Positions 21,053 through 31,061 of a stretch of 64,000 nucleotides of DNA are shown here, in pieces. The stretch covers positions 8,031-72,030 of the forward strand of contig CAZDDW010000003.1 in assembly GCA_964504365.1 (NCBI GenBank), written 5' to 3'. Source of the DNA: an uncultured Gammaproteobacteria bacterium (GTDB taxonomy: Bacteria; Patescibacteriota; Patescibacteriia; UBA9934; CAZDDW01). Each line of letters begins with the position of its first letter. Positions within the stretch are counted from its first letter, which is position 1. Below the pieces are notes generated by a model. The model worked only from the letters and a program-made list of their open reading frames with translations, did not search any database and was not told the DNA's origin. A program made the position numbers and the translations under genes.

Positions 21053-21463
21053 TTATTCGACTGGCTCAAGGTAAAACTGCTCTTCTGGCTCATCGTCTGA
21101 TTTACCCGCCTTATCTTCGCTTAAGTTAGCGTTAATCTTAACATCTAGCTCTGATTCCTCTTGCACCAACTCTGCCCCTAGCTTATCTATCAACTCCACT
21201 GGCGGTTCAGGAGCAAATTCTTCATCAGACGATGACTCAACTACATCATCGAATATAAAATCCTCATCTAAATCCTCAGGCTCAAAATCGCCAAACATGT
21301 CTTCGTCTCCACAATATGGCTCAATCAAGCCGTTTTCCTCCAACAAGATCTCATATTCGTCTAAATCCATGACCACAAAGGCTTGTTCCCCATCAGGGTC
21401 AGTAACCACCAACTTATCGCCAGTGCGACGAACTAAATCTAAAATGCGTTTAAAGTTATTCAT
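21053..21463 (-). CDS. Hypothetical protein with Phd/YefM-like N-terminus and acidic tail
   Basis: ILDLVRRTGDKLVVT...VVMDLDEYE; C-terminus EEQFYLEPVE. Confidence 0.75.
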   Translation of the reverse strand: MNNFKRILDLVRRTGDKLVVTDPDGEQAFVVMDLDEYEILLEENGLIEPYCGDEDMFGDFEPEDLDEDFIFDDVVESSSDEEFAPEPPVELIDKLGAELVQEESELDVKINANLSEDKAGKSDDEPEEQFYLEPVE

Positions 21464-21542
21464 AGTATATTTTAAGTTGAGCTTATCTTAGCTTATTTAC
21501 CCAAACTGTCAAGTGCATATTCTGGGGTTAAGTAGTCGATCA

Positions 21543-21734
21543 GGCCGGCCACTCCTCTTGTCGTCAGAAGCAAAGAGCCGAAGGGTTTTGAATTGTGGAA
21601 CGATCGGAGGCCGGTGTCCTTACTAATTTTCAATTTTCATTCAATAACCAATGACCATTGTGACATTGAAAATTCAATGTAAATTCTAAATTGAAAATTG
21701 TAAATTTATTATCTGAGGCTCCCTGTGGCCGGCC
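21543..21734. repeat. Palindromic composite repeat, copy 1
   Basis: 71-nt block with 4 mismatches to 39009-39079; terminal IR ggccggccac/gtggccggcc. Confidence 0.85.
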
Positions 21735-21797
21735 AAAAGAAAAGGCCCCGCCGCAGTCAAGCGACGGGGTCGTGTTGAACGATGGAGCCAGTTCGTT

Positions 21798-23015
21798 CTA
21801 CTGGGGAGTCTGTACCTGAGCCACGGGTTCGGGCGGCGTGTTGAGCGCGGCCAGCTGTCCGGCGACCATGGTCTGGTAACTCGCCGTGTACTTCAGCGTA
21901 CGCACCGTGCGCAGATCCGTGGCCACTCGCGCGGTCATGCCGCGGACCTCGTCGGCCTCCATACCGGACCACTGGGCAGCCAGAGTCAGCCAGACCCGGG
22001 TGTTGACCACCCAGTCCTCGTACTGCTGGACCGTGCCACCGAGAGCCACGATGTCCTCGTAGCGGCGCATGTAGAATCCGTCATACCCGGATCCGGTCGT
22101 GGTCTCGGCATCGATCTTGCGCCGCAGCTCGACCGGGTCCACGAACGAACCGGACCAGTAGCCGCTGATGTAGTCGTGCGCGTTGTTGGTCAGATGCTCG
22201 GGCAGCATCGGCTTGACCGTTTCGTAGTCCTGGCTGAGGATCAGCCAGGAACCGACGTTGCTCAGCACGTCCTCGTCGAGCACGGCCTGGCGTGCGGCCA
22301 GGATGAGCTCCTCGCAGGGACGATCGACATCGCCGTCGACCTCGCAGATCTCACCGTTGATCAGGCCGTGGTAGGAGATCGTGTCCCCGAGACCACCGAG
22401 AACCCAGGCACCAACGAAGGTGCGTGCGTTGACCGGAACCGGGAAGGTCTCGGCCAGGCGGGTGATCAGCTCGGGCTGACCGTCGGTGTTGACGACCAGT
22501 GCCTGCTCCTCACGCATCAGCTGCATGGCATTCAGACCCTCGGGCAAGGCCGGGAATCCGCCGGTATCGAGGGCGGCCGTGAAGGCACGCAGGGTGTCGA
22601 ACGGCTTCTTCTTCTCGTCGAAGCTCTTCTGCTGCTCGGCATTGAACTTGTCGGCCAACGCCTCCAGGCTCGCCGGCGTGGCTGCCAGCTCCGCCTCGAC
22701 CTTGGTCAGATCGGATTCGAGGGTGGCGATCTTGGCCTTCAGCGCGGCCATATTCTCGCGGTGCTCCCGCTCCTCGTCGGTCTCGCCGATCGGGGGCATG
22801 CGCTGCTCCCCAGACGAATCGTCGGCGACTGCATTGGTCTCGTCCCCGTCCGCAGTCGGATCCGCGGGCACGGTCTCCTCGGCTGCCTCGGCCTCGTCGT
22901 TTCCGAAAGCCCAGCGCAAGGCCGGCTTGAAACCGATCACGATGACGAACAGCACAACGCCGATACCGACGAACCAGGGCCAGCGGCGGGAACTCTTGGT
23001 GGTGGGATCTCCCAT
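21798..23015 (-). CDS. GC-rich hypothetical membrane-anchored coiled-coil protein
   Basis: GAGGAG SD, N-terminal TM helix, high GC3; paralogous to the neighbouring gene. Confidence 0.8.
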   Translation of the reverse strand: MGDPTTKSSRRWPWFVGIGVVLFVIVIGFKPALRWAFGNDEAEAAEETVPADPTADGDETNAVADDSSGEQRMPPIGETDEEREHRENMAALKAKIATLESDLTKVEAELAATPASLEALADKFNAEQQKSFDEKKKPFDTLRAFTAALDTGGFPALPEGLNAMQLMREEQALVVNTDGQPELITRLAETFPVPVNARTFVGAWVLGGLGDTISYHGLINGEICEVDGDVDRPCEELILAARQAVLDEDVLSNVGSWLILSQDYETVKPMLPEHLTNNAHDYISGYWSGSFVDPVELRRKIDAETTTGSGYDGFYMRRYEDIVALGGTVQQYEDWVVNTRVWLTLAAQWSGMEADEVRGMTARVATDLRTVRTLKYTASYQTMVAGQLAALNTPPEPVAQVQTPQ

Positions 23016-23234
23016 GATTTCTCTCCTCTTCTCGATTGAGATGAACGTTGTTGAAGCGACCCTCCATAGGCCGCGCTTGGGTTGATCTCGCGCTTGACTG
23101 TCCACCAAATCGGACAGTTAGCAACGCCGAATAATAACACGTTTAAGCTTATCTGTCAACCCCAACAGGCTTAAATAAGCTAAAAAGAAAAACCCGTTGC
23201 AAGCAACGGGCAGGGCCTAGCCCCTAGAGTCGTT

Positions 23235-23918
23235 CTACTGTGCTTCGGGCCACTTCTCGGGCAGCTCGGCCAGCATGCGATCGATGTCTTCCCGATAGGC
23301 CTCCGTATACAGGAGACCCTCCGGCGGATTGACCAGAGTGGCTTGAGCAGCCTTGAGCGAGGTCTCGGCAATTGACCGGCTGGTACAGCGGAAGGTCTGA
23401 ACTCCATCCCAGTACCGGGCCGTCGCGTGCTCGGGTGTTCCTTCTTCGAAGCACCCGTACAGAGCAATCCAGAGATGGAGGCTCTTGCATCCGTCTGGAT
23501 GATTGGCAAAGACCTCGTTGCCGAGCGCGTTGATCTCATCCTCATCAAGGAAGCTCAACGCTTCGCAACGAGCTGCTTCCCGCTCTTCGGCCTGCTCTGA
23601 CATGTTCTGCACGATCTCAGCCTTGAGACGCTCGTTCTCAGCCTTGAACTCGTCCAGCTCTTCCTGGAACGGATTGACCTCAGGCTCTTCAGGAACCGGA
23701 TCCATAGGTACGGCATTGGCAGCCTGCCCAGAATCACTATTCAGGGGCAGAAGACCAAAACAATCCCAACCGTTCCGGATATCCAAGTACCCCATTCCAA
23801 TGATCACCAGAAGAAAGACCAGGACCACCAAGACCCATAACCACCATAAACTCCTGCGCGAACCAGCCGCCCCAGAACCACTGGCGTCGTGTACCTTCTT
23901 TGTTTTATCGTCGGACAT
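23235..23918 (-). CDS. Hypothetical membrane-anchored protein, paralogue of 21798..23015
   Basis: TTGACA-17-TATTAT promoter, SD, TM helix, shared C-terminal L.YT..Y......LA.L motif. Confidence 0.8.
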   Translation of the reverse strand: MSDDKTKKVHDASGSGAAGSRRSLWWLWVLVVLVFLLVIIGMGYLDIRNGWDCFGLLPLNSDSGQAANAVPMDPVPEEPEVNPFQEELDEFKAENERLKAEIVQNMSEQAEEREAARCEALSFLDEDEINALGNEVFANHPDGCKSLHLWIALYGCFEEGTPEHATARYWDGVQTFRCTSRSIAETSLKAAQATLVNPPEGLLYTEAYREDIDRMLAELPEKWPEAQ

Positions 23919-24009
23919 GATCTGCCTTTCAACAGTAGAGCTGTTTAGTGAATGAACATTTTCGTAACGCAAAATAATAGCATAAATAAGCCTAATTGTC
24001 AAGGTAGTG

Positions 24010-24087
24010 AGCACAAAGCCGACGAACGGAAAAGACAAAACCGACGAACATTCGTCGGTTTTGTGCTTATTTTAGTCGGTTTCGTGC
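24010..24087 (-). terminator. fusA terminator with duplicated arms
   Basis: acaaaaccgacgaa/ttcgtcggttttgt hairpin plus a second copy of each arm. Confidence 0.65.
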
Positions 24088-26172
24088 TTACTCTTTCTTC
24101 CCTCGCTTTTCAATAATCGCATCAGATACATTGCGTGGAACATCCTCATAGTGATCAAATTCCATTGAATAGCTAGCTCGTCCCTGAGTAATCGAACGCA
24201 ATTCAGTAGCATAACCAAACATCTCAGCCAACGGCACAAACGCTTCAACCACTTTCATGTTTCCACGATCACGCATTTCCTGAATCTTGGCTCGCTTAGA
24301 ATTCAAATCACCAACAACTGTTCCCATAAAATCTTCCGGTGTCACCACCTCAACTTTCATCACAGGCTCTTGCAAAGTAATTCCAGCTGCCTTGGCTGCG
24401 GCTTGGAAAGCCATAGAACCAGAAATCTTAAACGCAGCCTCAGAAGAGTCAACTTCGTGATAAGAACCATCATAAACAGTACATTTAATATCTAGCACTG
24501 GATATCCAGCCAACACACCACGCTCCATCGCCTCTTTAACACCCTTGTTAATCGGTTGGATATATTCCTTTGGAATCACACCACCTTTAATCTCATCAGT
24601 AAATTCATAACCACCACCAGCCTCAAGAGGCTCAATTCGCAACCAACAGTGACCGTACTGACCACGACCACCAGACTGACGAACAAATTTCCCCTCAGCT
24701 TCAGCCAACTTTTTGATCGACTCTTTGTAAGCCACCTGCGGAGCACCAACATTGGCCTCTACTTTAAACTCGCGCTTCATTCTATCAACAATAATATCTA
24801 AGTGCAGTTCTCCCATTCCAGAAATAATTGTTTGCAAAGTTTCATCATCTGTACGCACTTTGAAAGTTGGGTCCTCTTCAGCTAACTTAGCTAAAGCAAC
24901 TCCCATCTTTTCCTGGTCAGGCTTTGTCTTTGGTTCAATAGCAACAGAAATCACAGGTTCTGGGAATGTAATATTTTCCAAAACCACTGGATTATTTTCA
25001 TCACACAATGTTTGTCCGGTAGTCGTCCCTTTCAAACCAACTACAGCCGCAATGTCACCAGCATAAATCTCATCAATCTCTTCACGGTGATTAGCGTGCA
25101 TACGCAACAGTCGTCCGATGCGTTCTTTCTTTCCAGTTGATGCATTCAACACATAAGAACCTGACTTCAACACACCAGAGTAAACGCGGATAAAAGCTAA
25201 CTTACCAACAAACGGATCAGTAGCAATCTTGAATGCTAATGCAGCAAACGGCTCCTCATCAGAAGCTGGACGTGGAATAACTTTTTCTTCATCGTCTGGA
25301 TCAGTTCCTTCAACAGGTGGAACCTCCAATGGACTTGGTAGGTAATCAACAATCGCATCTAGCAATGGCTGCACACCCTTGTTCTTCAAGGCAGTACCAC
25401 AAAGCACAGGGATAATCTCTAGTTTCAAAACAGCCTCGTGCAAAATCTTTTTAATATCTTCCAAAGGGATCTCTTCACCAGCCAAATATTTTTCCATGGC
25501 CGCCTCATCATTTTCCACAATCGCTTCCATTAATTTCCCGCGCCACTCATCAGCTAACTCTTTCATGTCTTCAGGAATATCAGTCTCTTCCATTTCTTGC
25601 CCAAGATCATCTTTATAAATAGTTGCCTTCATGGTTAACAAATCAACAATCCCAGTAAACTTATCTTCAGCACCGATTGGCAGCTGCAAAGGATATGCTT
25701 TCTTGGTCAACCGCTCATGAATCGAATTCAGATCGTAAAAGAAATCTGCACCGGTTCGATCTAGTTTGTTAATAAAACAAATTCGCGGCACATTGTACTT
25801 GTCAGCCTGGTGCCAAACAGTCTCTGACTGTGGCTCAACACCAGCAACACCGTCAAAGATAACAGCACCACCGTCAAGCACACGCAATGAACGCTCCACC
25901 TCAACGGTAAAGTCTACGTGCCCTGGGGTATCAATAATATTAACTCGGTGATCTTTCCAGAAACAAGTTGTTGCAGCGGAAGTAATAGTAATACCGCGCT
26001 CTTGCTCTTGCTCCATCCAGTCCATCTCAGCTTCACCCTCATGCACCTCACCGATCTTATGCTTTTTACCAGTATAAAACAGAACTCGCTCAGTAACCGT
26101 AGTCTTACCAGCGTCAATATGAGCAATGATTCCAATGTTACGAGTTTTCTCAAGTGAATATTCTCTTGGCAT
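24088..26172 (-). CDS. fusA: Elongation factor G
   Basis: [24 protein letters not shown]. Confidence 0.99.
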   Translation of the reverse strand: MPREYSLEKTRNIGIIAHIDAGKTTVTERVLFYTGKKHKIGEVHEGEAEMDWMEQEQERGITITSAATTCFWKDHRVNIIDTPGHVDFTVEVERSLRVLDGGAVIFDGVAGVEPQSETVWHQADKYNVPRICFINKLDRTGADFFYDLNSIHERLTKKAYPLQLPIGAEDKFTGIVDLLTMKATIYKDDLGQEMEETDIPEDMKELADEWRGKLMEAIVENDEAAMEKYLAGEEIPLEDIKKILHEAVLKLEIIPVLCGTALKNKGVQPLLDAIVDYLPSPLEVPPVEGTDPDDEEKVIPRPASDEEPFAALAFKIATDPFVGKLAFIRVYSGVLKSGSYVLNASTGKKERIGRLLRMHANHREEIDEIYAGDIAAVVGLKGTTTGQTLCDENNPVVLENITFPEPVISVAIEPKTKPDQEKMGVALAKLAEEDPTFKVRTDDETLQTIISGMGELHLDIIVDRMKREFKVEANVGAPQVAYKESIKKLAEAEGKFVRQSGGRGQYGHCWLRIEPLEAGGGYEFTDEIKGGVIPKEYIQPINKGVKEAMERGVLAGYPVLDIKCTVYDGSYHEVDSSEAAFKISGSMAFQAAAKAAGITLQEPVMKVEVVTPEDFMGTVVGDLNSKRAKIQEMRDRGNMKVVEAFVPLAEMFGYATELRSITQGRASYSMEFDHYEDVPRNVSDAIIEKRGKKE

Positions 26173-26190
26173 ATTTTTGTATTTGATCGA

Positions 26191-26658
26191 TTAGCGTGCA
26201 AAGTGAGCAAAGGCACGGTTTGCCTCAGCCATTTTCTGCACATCAGTTTTCTTTTTAATAGCATCGCCCTCATTGTTGGCTGCGGCAATAAACTCATCAG
26301 CTAGACGATCAGCCATTGGACGACCTTTTTTGCTACGAGCAGCAGCCAACAACCATCGATAGCTCAAAGCAACACGGCGCTCGCCGCGTACAGGAATAGG
26401 GATCTGATAGTTGGCTCCACCGATTCGACGTGAACGAACCTCAAGTGATGGACCAATATTCTTCATGGCAGTATCAAAAACCTCTACTGGATCTTGCTTA
26501 GTTTTCTCAGCCACAATATCAAAAGCATCGTAAACTACTTTCTGTGCAGTTGACTTCTTTCCCCCTTTCATAACGTAATTAATAAATTTAGCAACGAGAA
26601 CGTTGCTATACTTGGGGTCGGGTGTAATAACCCGCTTTGGTGCTTGTTTCCCACGCAT
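26191..26658 (-). CDS. rpsG: 30S ribosomal protein S7
   Basis: [24 protein letters not shown]. Confidence 0.98.
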   Translation of the reverse strand: MRGKQAPKRVITPDPKYSNVLVAKFINYVMKGGKKSTAQKVVYDAFDIVAEKTKQDPVEVFDTAMKNIGPSLEVRSRRIGGANYQIPIPVRGERRVALSYRWLLAAARSKKGRPMADRLADEFIAAANNEGDAIKKKTDVQKMAEANRAFAHFAR

Positions 26659-26732
26659 ATGTTCTGGTTAAGCCAGCGTTTCTTCCCCCGTGGCGAGGTA
26701 CTGCGCTAGCAAGACTTAAATGATTTTAACGT

Positions 26733-27152
26733 TTAGCTTTTAGGCTTTTTAGTTCCGTATTTAGATCGACTACGCTTTCGTCCATCAACACCCTGAGTGT
26801 CATAAACTCCACGAACAACGTGATACCGAACACCAGGCAAATCTTTCACTCGACCACCACGGATCATCACGATTGAGTGCTCCTGCAAATTGTGACCTTC
26901 ACCTGGAATGTAAGCTGTTACCTCAGTACCATTTGAAAGACGCACACGAGCAATCTTTCGAATAGCTGAGTTTGGTTTCTTTGGTGTAGCAGTTGTCACC
27001 TTAACACAAACACCACGCTTAAAGGCACTTCCCTTTTTGAGCGCAGTAGTTTTTCTATGCAAAGAATCCAGCGTGTACTGCATTGCTGGAGATTTACTGT
27101 TTTTCTTTGAGGTCTTCCGACCCTTTCTAATCAATTGAGAAATTGTAGGCAT
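26733..27152 (-). CDS. rpsL: 30S ribosomal protein S12
   Basis: [27 protein letters not shown]. Confidence 0.98.
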   Translation of the reverse strand: MPTISQLIRKGRKTSKKNSKSPAMQYTLDSLHRKTTALKKGSAFKRGVCVKVTTATPKKPNSAIRKIARVRLSNGTEVTAYIPGEGHNLQEHSIVMIRGGRVKDLPGVRYHVVRGVYDTQGVDGRKRSRSKYGTKKPKS

Positions 27153-27314
27153 ATTTCTGAAGTGCCGAAATAATAACATGAGGTTAAAATTAGGTCAAGT
27201 GGCTCTGTGAGGAAAACATTGGTCAGAGCATAATAAGCTTGACAATAATACATTTTTCTGTTAATGTTTCCTATTATTCCTGATCCTTCAACTAACAATG
27301 CAGAAAGGGTTGCC

Positions 27315-27752
27315 ATGTCAACCAAACCCAGAACCTTGCGTAGAGTCATCCGTGAATTCTGTGCCGATCATGGCATCGTCTATGACCAATCTATCGTGAA
27401 CCTTCGTTTCAGAGATACGGCAATTGCCAAGTTACTCAGCCGCAAGGTACTGCAGGTAGAACAAGTACCCCAACAACAGTTCCTCGTTTGGACTGAAGCG
27501 GCCATACGTATTGGTATGCGTCAGCCGGTGTTCGAAATCACATTCCAAGATAGGCCGGACCAGACTCTAGTGATGTTCTTGAATACGACATCCGATGATG
27601 AAGAGGAAGAAGAACCTTTGACAGAGGTTGATTTACTCTTCCGTCATGAGTTGGACCGTTCAATCGATACTGATACCGACGAGGTTGTGGGCGGCAGGAC
27701 TCTTGATCAGCAAGAGTTCGATGATTGGCAAAGAAGCGATGCCAAGGACTAG
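27315..27752 (+). CDS. Hypothetical protein with acidic C-terminus
   Basis: TTGACA-17-TAATGT promoter at 27239-27267, SD GAAAGGG, downstream terminator. Confidence 0.7.
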   Translation: MSTKPRTLRRVIREFCADHGIVYDQSIVNLRFRDTAIAKLLSRKVLQVEQVPQQQFLVWTEAAIRIGMRQPVFEITFQDRPDQTLVMFLNTTSDDEEEEEPLTEVDLLFRHELDRSIDTDTDEVVGGRTLDQQEFDDWQRSDAKD

Positions 27753-27837
27753 ACCACCCCATCCAGATGACCCTTACGACAACAACACCGCGCGGTCTCC
27801 CGTGCGGCTTTTTCTTTTTCTAATTTTCTCTATATCA

Positions 27838-28518
27838 CTAACCTGCGAAAACCAAACTCAATATGGCAATACAATTCTCACCAACCAAAGCGCTGCAGGT
27901 TTGGAATGCTGGGAGGCTAATGAAGAAGAAGACTGGGATACTGGTTAGGATAGCGATAAAAACTGCAAGAAATAGAATCTGCGGACCACGCACAGCAACG
28001 AACTTGCGCAAGGCTGCATACTTTGGTGCGTCAAAGATGGCGAACAGTAATTTCGAACCATCAAGCGGATGGATCGGGATAATATTGAAGAACATCAGGA
28101 ACAAATTGATTAGTACCAGCAAGAACAGGAAGACAACTAGTAGATTCAATTCAACTAACCAGCTGCCGTTGAGCATCAAACGCAGGACCAAGGCCGATAG
28201 CATGGCCAAGACCAAATTCGAAGCAGGCCCAGCTAAACCAACAATCACAGAATCCCACTTCGGGTTCTTTAGATTATTCGGATTATATGGCACTGGCTTG
28301 GCCCAACCGAATCCGAGTAACAACAGCGGAATAAATCCCATCCAGTCAATATGAGCCAATGGATTCAGGGTTAAGCGACCGGCCCGCTCAGCTGTATGAT
28401 CTCCGCGAAGCTTAGCAGCCAGACCATGCGAAAACTCGTGCACAGTTAAAGCAACCAGGATGGCCAAGATCCAGGCAAAAGCGATTGGCGCGTTGTTCCA
28501 AAGTAATGATAAAAACAT
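27838..28518 (-). CDS. Site-2 protease (M50 family)
   Basis: HEFSH, AGPASN, FNIIPIHPLDG. Confidence 0.93.
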   Translation of the reverse strand: MFLSLLWNNAPIAFAWILAILVALTVHEFSHGLAAKLRGDHTAERAGRLTLNPLAHIDWMGFIPLLLLGFGWAKPVPYNPNNLKNPKWDSVIVGLAGPASNLVLAMLSALVLRLMLNGSWLVELNLLVVFLFLLVLINLFLMFFNIIPIHPLDGSKLLFAIFDAPKYAALRKFVAVRGPQILFLAVFIAILTSIPVFFFISLPAFQTCSALVGENCIAILSLVFAG

Positions 28519-28574
28519 GCCGCTATTCTACCCTACTTGCCAAAATTAGTCGACCATGATAGTATCTCGACGTT

Positions 28575-28805
28575 ATGTCAAAGTTCTGCGAGGCCTGTGG
28601 CCGTGGACCGCTTTCAGCACAAAGCCGCTCAAAGTCCATGATGATCACTAAGCGCCGTCAAAAAGTCAATCTACAAAACAAAACCATTGATGGTAAAAAG
28701 GTAAAACTTTGTACCAAGTGCTTGAAGTCTAGTACTAAGGAAGGTTTTGTACTCAAGTTCGGAGCCAAGCCAAGAGTTGGTAAACGAACTAAGAAGAGTA
28801 AATAA
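28575..28805 (+). CDS. rpmB: 50S ribosomal protein L28
   Basis: CEACG..RS...TKRRQKVNLQ..LCTKCLK. Confidence 0.9.
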   Translation: MSKFCEACGRGPLSAQSRSKSMMITKRRQKVNLQNKTIDGKKVKLCTKCLKSSTKEGFVLKFGAKPRVGKRTKKSK

Positions 28806-28813
28806 AGGAAACA

Positions 28814-28843
28814 AAAAATCACGACCTGGCGTCGCGATTTTTG
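28814..28843. terminator. Bidirectional terminator between rpmB and murA
   Basis: aaaaaatcacgac...gtcgcgattttt. Confidence 0.65.
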
Positions 28844-28848
28844 AATTC

Positions 28849-30144
28849 TCATTTTCTGATTATATCTGCTCCTATTCCGCGCAACTTTTCTTCTAAACGC
28901 TCGTACCCGCGATCTAAATGTTCGATCCCTGTCAGCGTTGATGTTCCTTCAGCAACCAAGGCAGCAAGCACCAAAGCCAGTCCTGCGCGAATGTCTGGAA
29001 CAACAATATCTGTTGCCGATAACTTGGTCGCACCACTAACAATCGCTGAATGTTTATGATTCTTGTCTTTGAAACGACACGGCAATTCACCTAAACATTT
29101 ATAAGATCGCTCAACATTTGCCCCCATCGAATTCAAAGTTTCTGTAAACCCGAGCCGATCTTCGTATACAGTTTCGTGCACACGCGAGACTCCGGTCACT
29201 TGAGTTAGCAAAACAACAAACGGTTGCATCCAGTCAGTTCTAAATCCCGGATACGTATCAGTTTCAACGTCAATGCTGTGATACTCTCCGTTGGATTGAA
29301 ATAAGATGCCGTCATCTCGCACTTCATATACCCCACCAAGCCGACGGACTGCATTCAAAAAAGTAATCATGTATTCATGCTGTGCACCGCGAACGAATAC
29401 TTCACCTCGTGTTGCCAATGCAGCGCAGGCATAGCTTGCTGCTTCCAACGCATCTGGAATCACTTGCACCTGACACCCGTGTAATTTCTCAACACCAACG
29501 ATCTCAATAACTCGGTTGGCTCGGACCTCAACAATCGCCCCCATTTTCTGCAACATCTTAACTAACTCAAAAATCTCTGGTTCAACAGCTGCGTTGCGAA
29601 TCACGGTTCGTCCTTCAGCTAAGACACCAGCAAACAAACAAGTCTCAGTTGCACCAACCGACGGATACGGTAACTCGATCAATGCCCCGCGTAGTCGACC
29701 ATCAACAGTTGCATGATATGCATCGCCTCGAGATTCAAATTTGGCTCCCATCTGTTCCAAGGCATCAGTATGAAAATTCACCGGACGCGGTCCGATCTTG
29801 TCTCCACCGACAATTGGCACAGTTGCTTCACCTGCGCGATGTAACAAAGGTGCAATCGCTAAAACACTTAAACGATTCTTGCGCGACAACTTGGTCACCT
29901 CAGTGCTTGTGATCGAACCGGTTCGCGTTGTCACCACGTGATCATCCCAAGAAACCGAAGCACCGACCGTTTCCAAAATCTCCTGCGTGATTGCAGTCTC
30001 GTTCTGCTTTGGGGCATTGGCAACAACAACTTCCTCGTCTGTGAGCAAAGACGCCAATAACAATTTCGAGGCCGAATTTTTGGTCCCAGACAATTCAACT
30101 TCACCTTTCAATGGCTTGCCACCAGTGATTAAAAACGATTCCAT
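28849..30144 (-). CDS. murA: UDP-N-acetylglucosamine 1-carboxyvinyltransferase
   Basis: SGTKNS, GGDKIGPRP, SVGATE, DIRAG, HLDRGYE. Confidence 0.96.
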   Translation of the reverse strand: MESFLITGGKPLKGEVELSGTKNSASKLLLASLLTDEEVVVANAPKQNETAITQEILETVGASVSWDDHVVTTRTGSITSTEVTKLSRKNRLSVLAIAPLLHRAGEATVPIVGGDKIGPRPVNFHTDALEQMGAKFESRGDAYHATVDGRLRGALIELPYPSVGATETCLFAGVLAEGRTVIRNAAVEPEIFELVKMLQKMGAIVEVRANRVIEIVGVEKLHGCQVQVIPDALEAASYACAALATRGEVFVRGAQHEYMITFLNAVRRLGGVYEVRDDGILFQSNGEYHSIDVETDTYPGFRTDWMQPFVVLLTQVTGVSRVHETVYEDRLGFTETLNSMGANVERSYKCLGELPCRFKDKNHKHSAIVSGATKLSATDIVVPDIRAGLALVLAALVAEGTSTLTGIEHLDRGYERLEEKLRGIGADIIRK

Positions 30145-30260
30145 AACATGACTAGCTTACCAATATTTACAGGCCAAGACAACAACTTGACGGATAAGAC
30201 AAATAGGAGTACTCTGGCCTTCCTGGTTCCTTCAACCCCGCGACACAAAGGAGATAACAT

Positions 30261-30983
30261 ATGTCGCTGGTATTCCAACCTCTTCCCAACGCGCTACTGG
30301 CCCTGGCCAAGCTGCCCCATGGCAGGATCATCGACGACGATGACAACACCTACACCATCATGCACGAAGGTGAGGCCGAAGCGGCCCTGGTCGCACTGAG
30401 CGAAGCTGGGTGCGACGAAGACATGGTCGAACTCATGCGCACCGAGCTGATCGCGCTCAACTTCCCAGCGGATCTAGGCGAGCTGATCCTGGCCCTGACC
30501 CAGGTCAACCTGGGCGATGACTTCGACCCGGGCGACCTGAGCTTCGAAATCTGCGAACCCGACGAGGACATCAAGGTGCCGCATGGCCAGATCATTCAGG
30601 ACGATCACCTCGCCGGCGCCTCGGCAATCACCAGCATGGAGCACGCGCTCTCCATCATGATGGTCGGTGCCAGGGATGGGTTCATTACCGCCGAACAGGG
30701 AATCTTCCTGCTCAAGCAAATGGCTGCGGCCGACCTGATGCTCACCCAGAAGCAAGTGCTGGCCCACCACGGCTACACCCGAGACACTGACGGCACCTAC
30801 CGCTCCGAGGCCCGGGACGGATCGACCAAAGTCGAAACGGCTACCCGGATCCTTCACATGGGACCGCTGACGATCCTCGTTTCCAGAATCGAGACCACCG
30901 AGATCGACGGCGAGGACGAGCCGCGCGACACGGTCGAGGATGACGAGGGCGGTGACAGCCCGACCGAGGGCGGCGGCTGGTAG
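30261..30983 (+). CDS. GC-rich acidic hypothetical protein with internal repeat
   Basis: TTGACG-17-TACTCT promoter, AAAGGAG SD, high GC3. Confidence 0.8.
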   Translation: MSLVFQPLPNALLALAKLPHGRIIDDDDNTYTIMHEGEAEAALVALSEAGCDEDMVELMRTELIALNFPADLGELILALTQVNLGDDFDPGDLSFEICEPDEDIKVPHGQIIQDDHLAGASAITSMEHALSIMMVGARDGFITAEQGIFLLKQMAAADLMLTQKQVLAHHGYTRDTDGTYRSEARDGSTKVETATRILHMGPLTILVSRIETTEIDGEDEPRDTVEDDEGGDSPTEGGGW

Positions 30984-31061
30984 CCCAGACCAGCACAGAA
31001 CACAAAACTGACCCACACAGGATCAGTCGACTCTATACCACGGACGCAAGTTCGTGGTTCT

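Noticed and set aside
22176-23124. Long overlapping ORFs (287, 199 and 204 aa)
   Set aside because: Shadows of the high-GC3 gene 21798..23015; no SD or protein-like composition.
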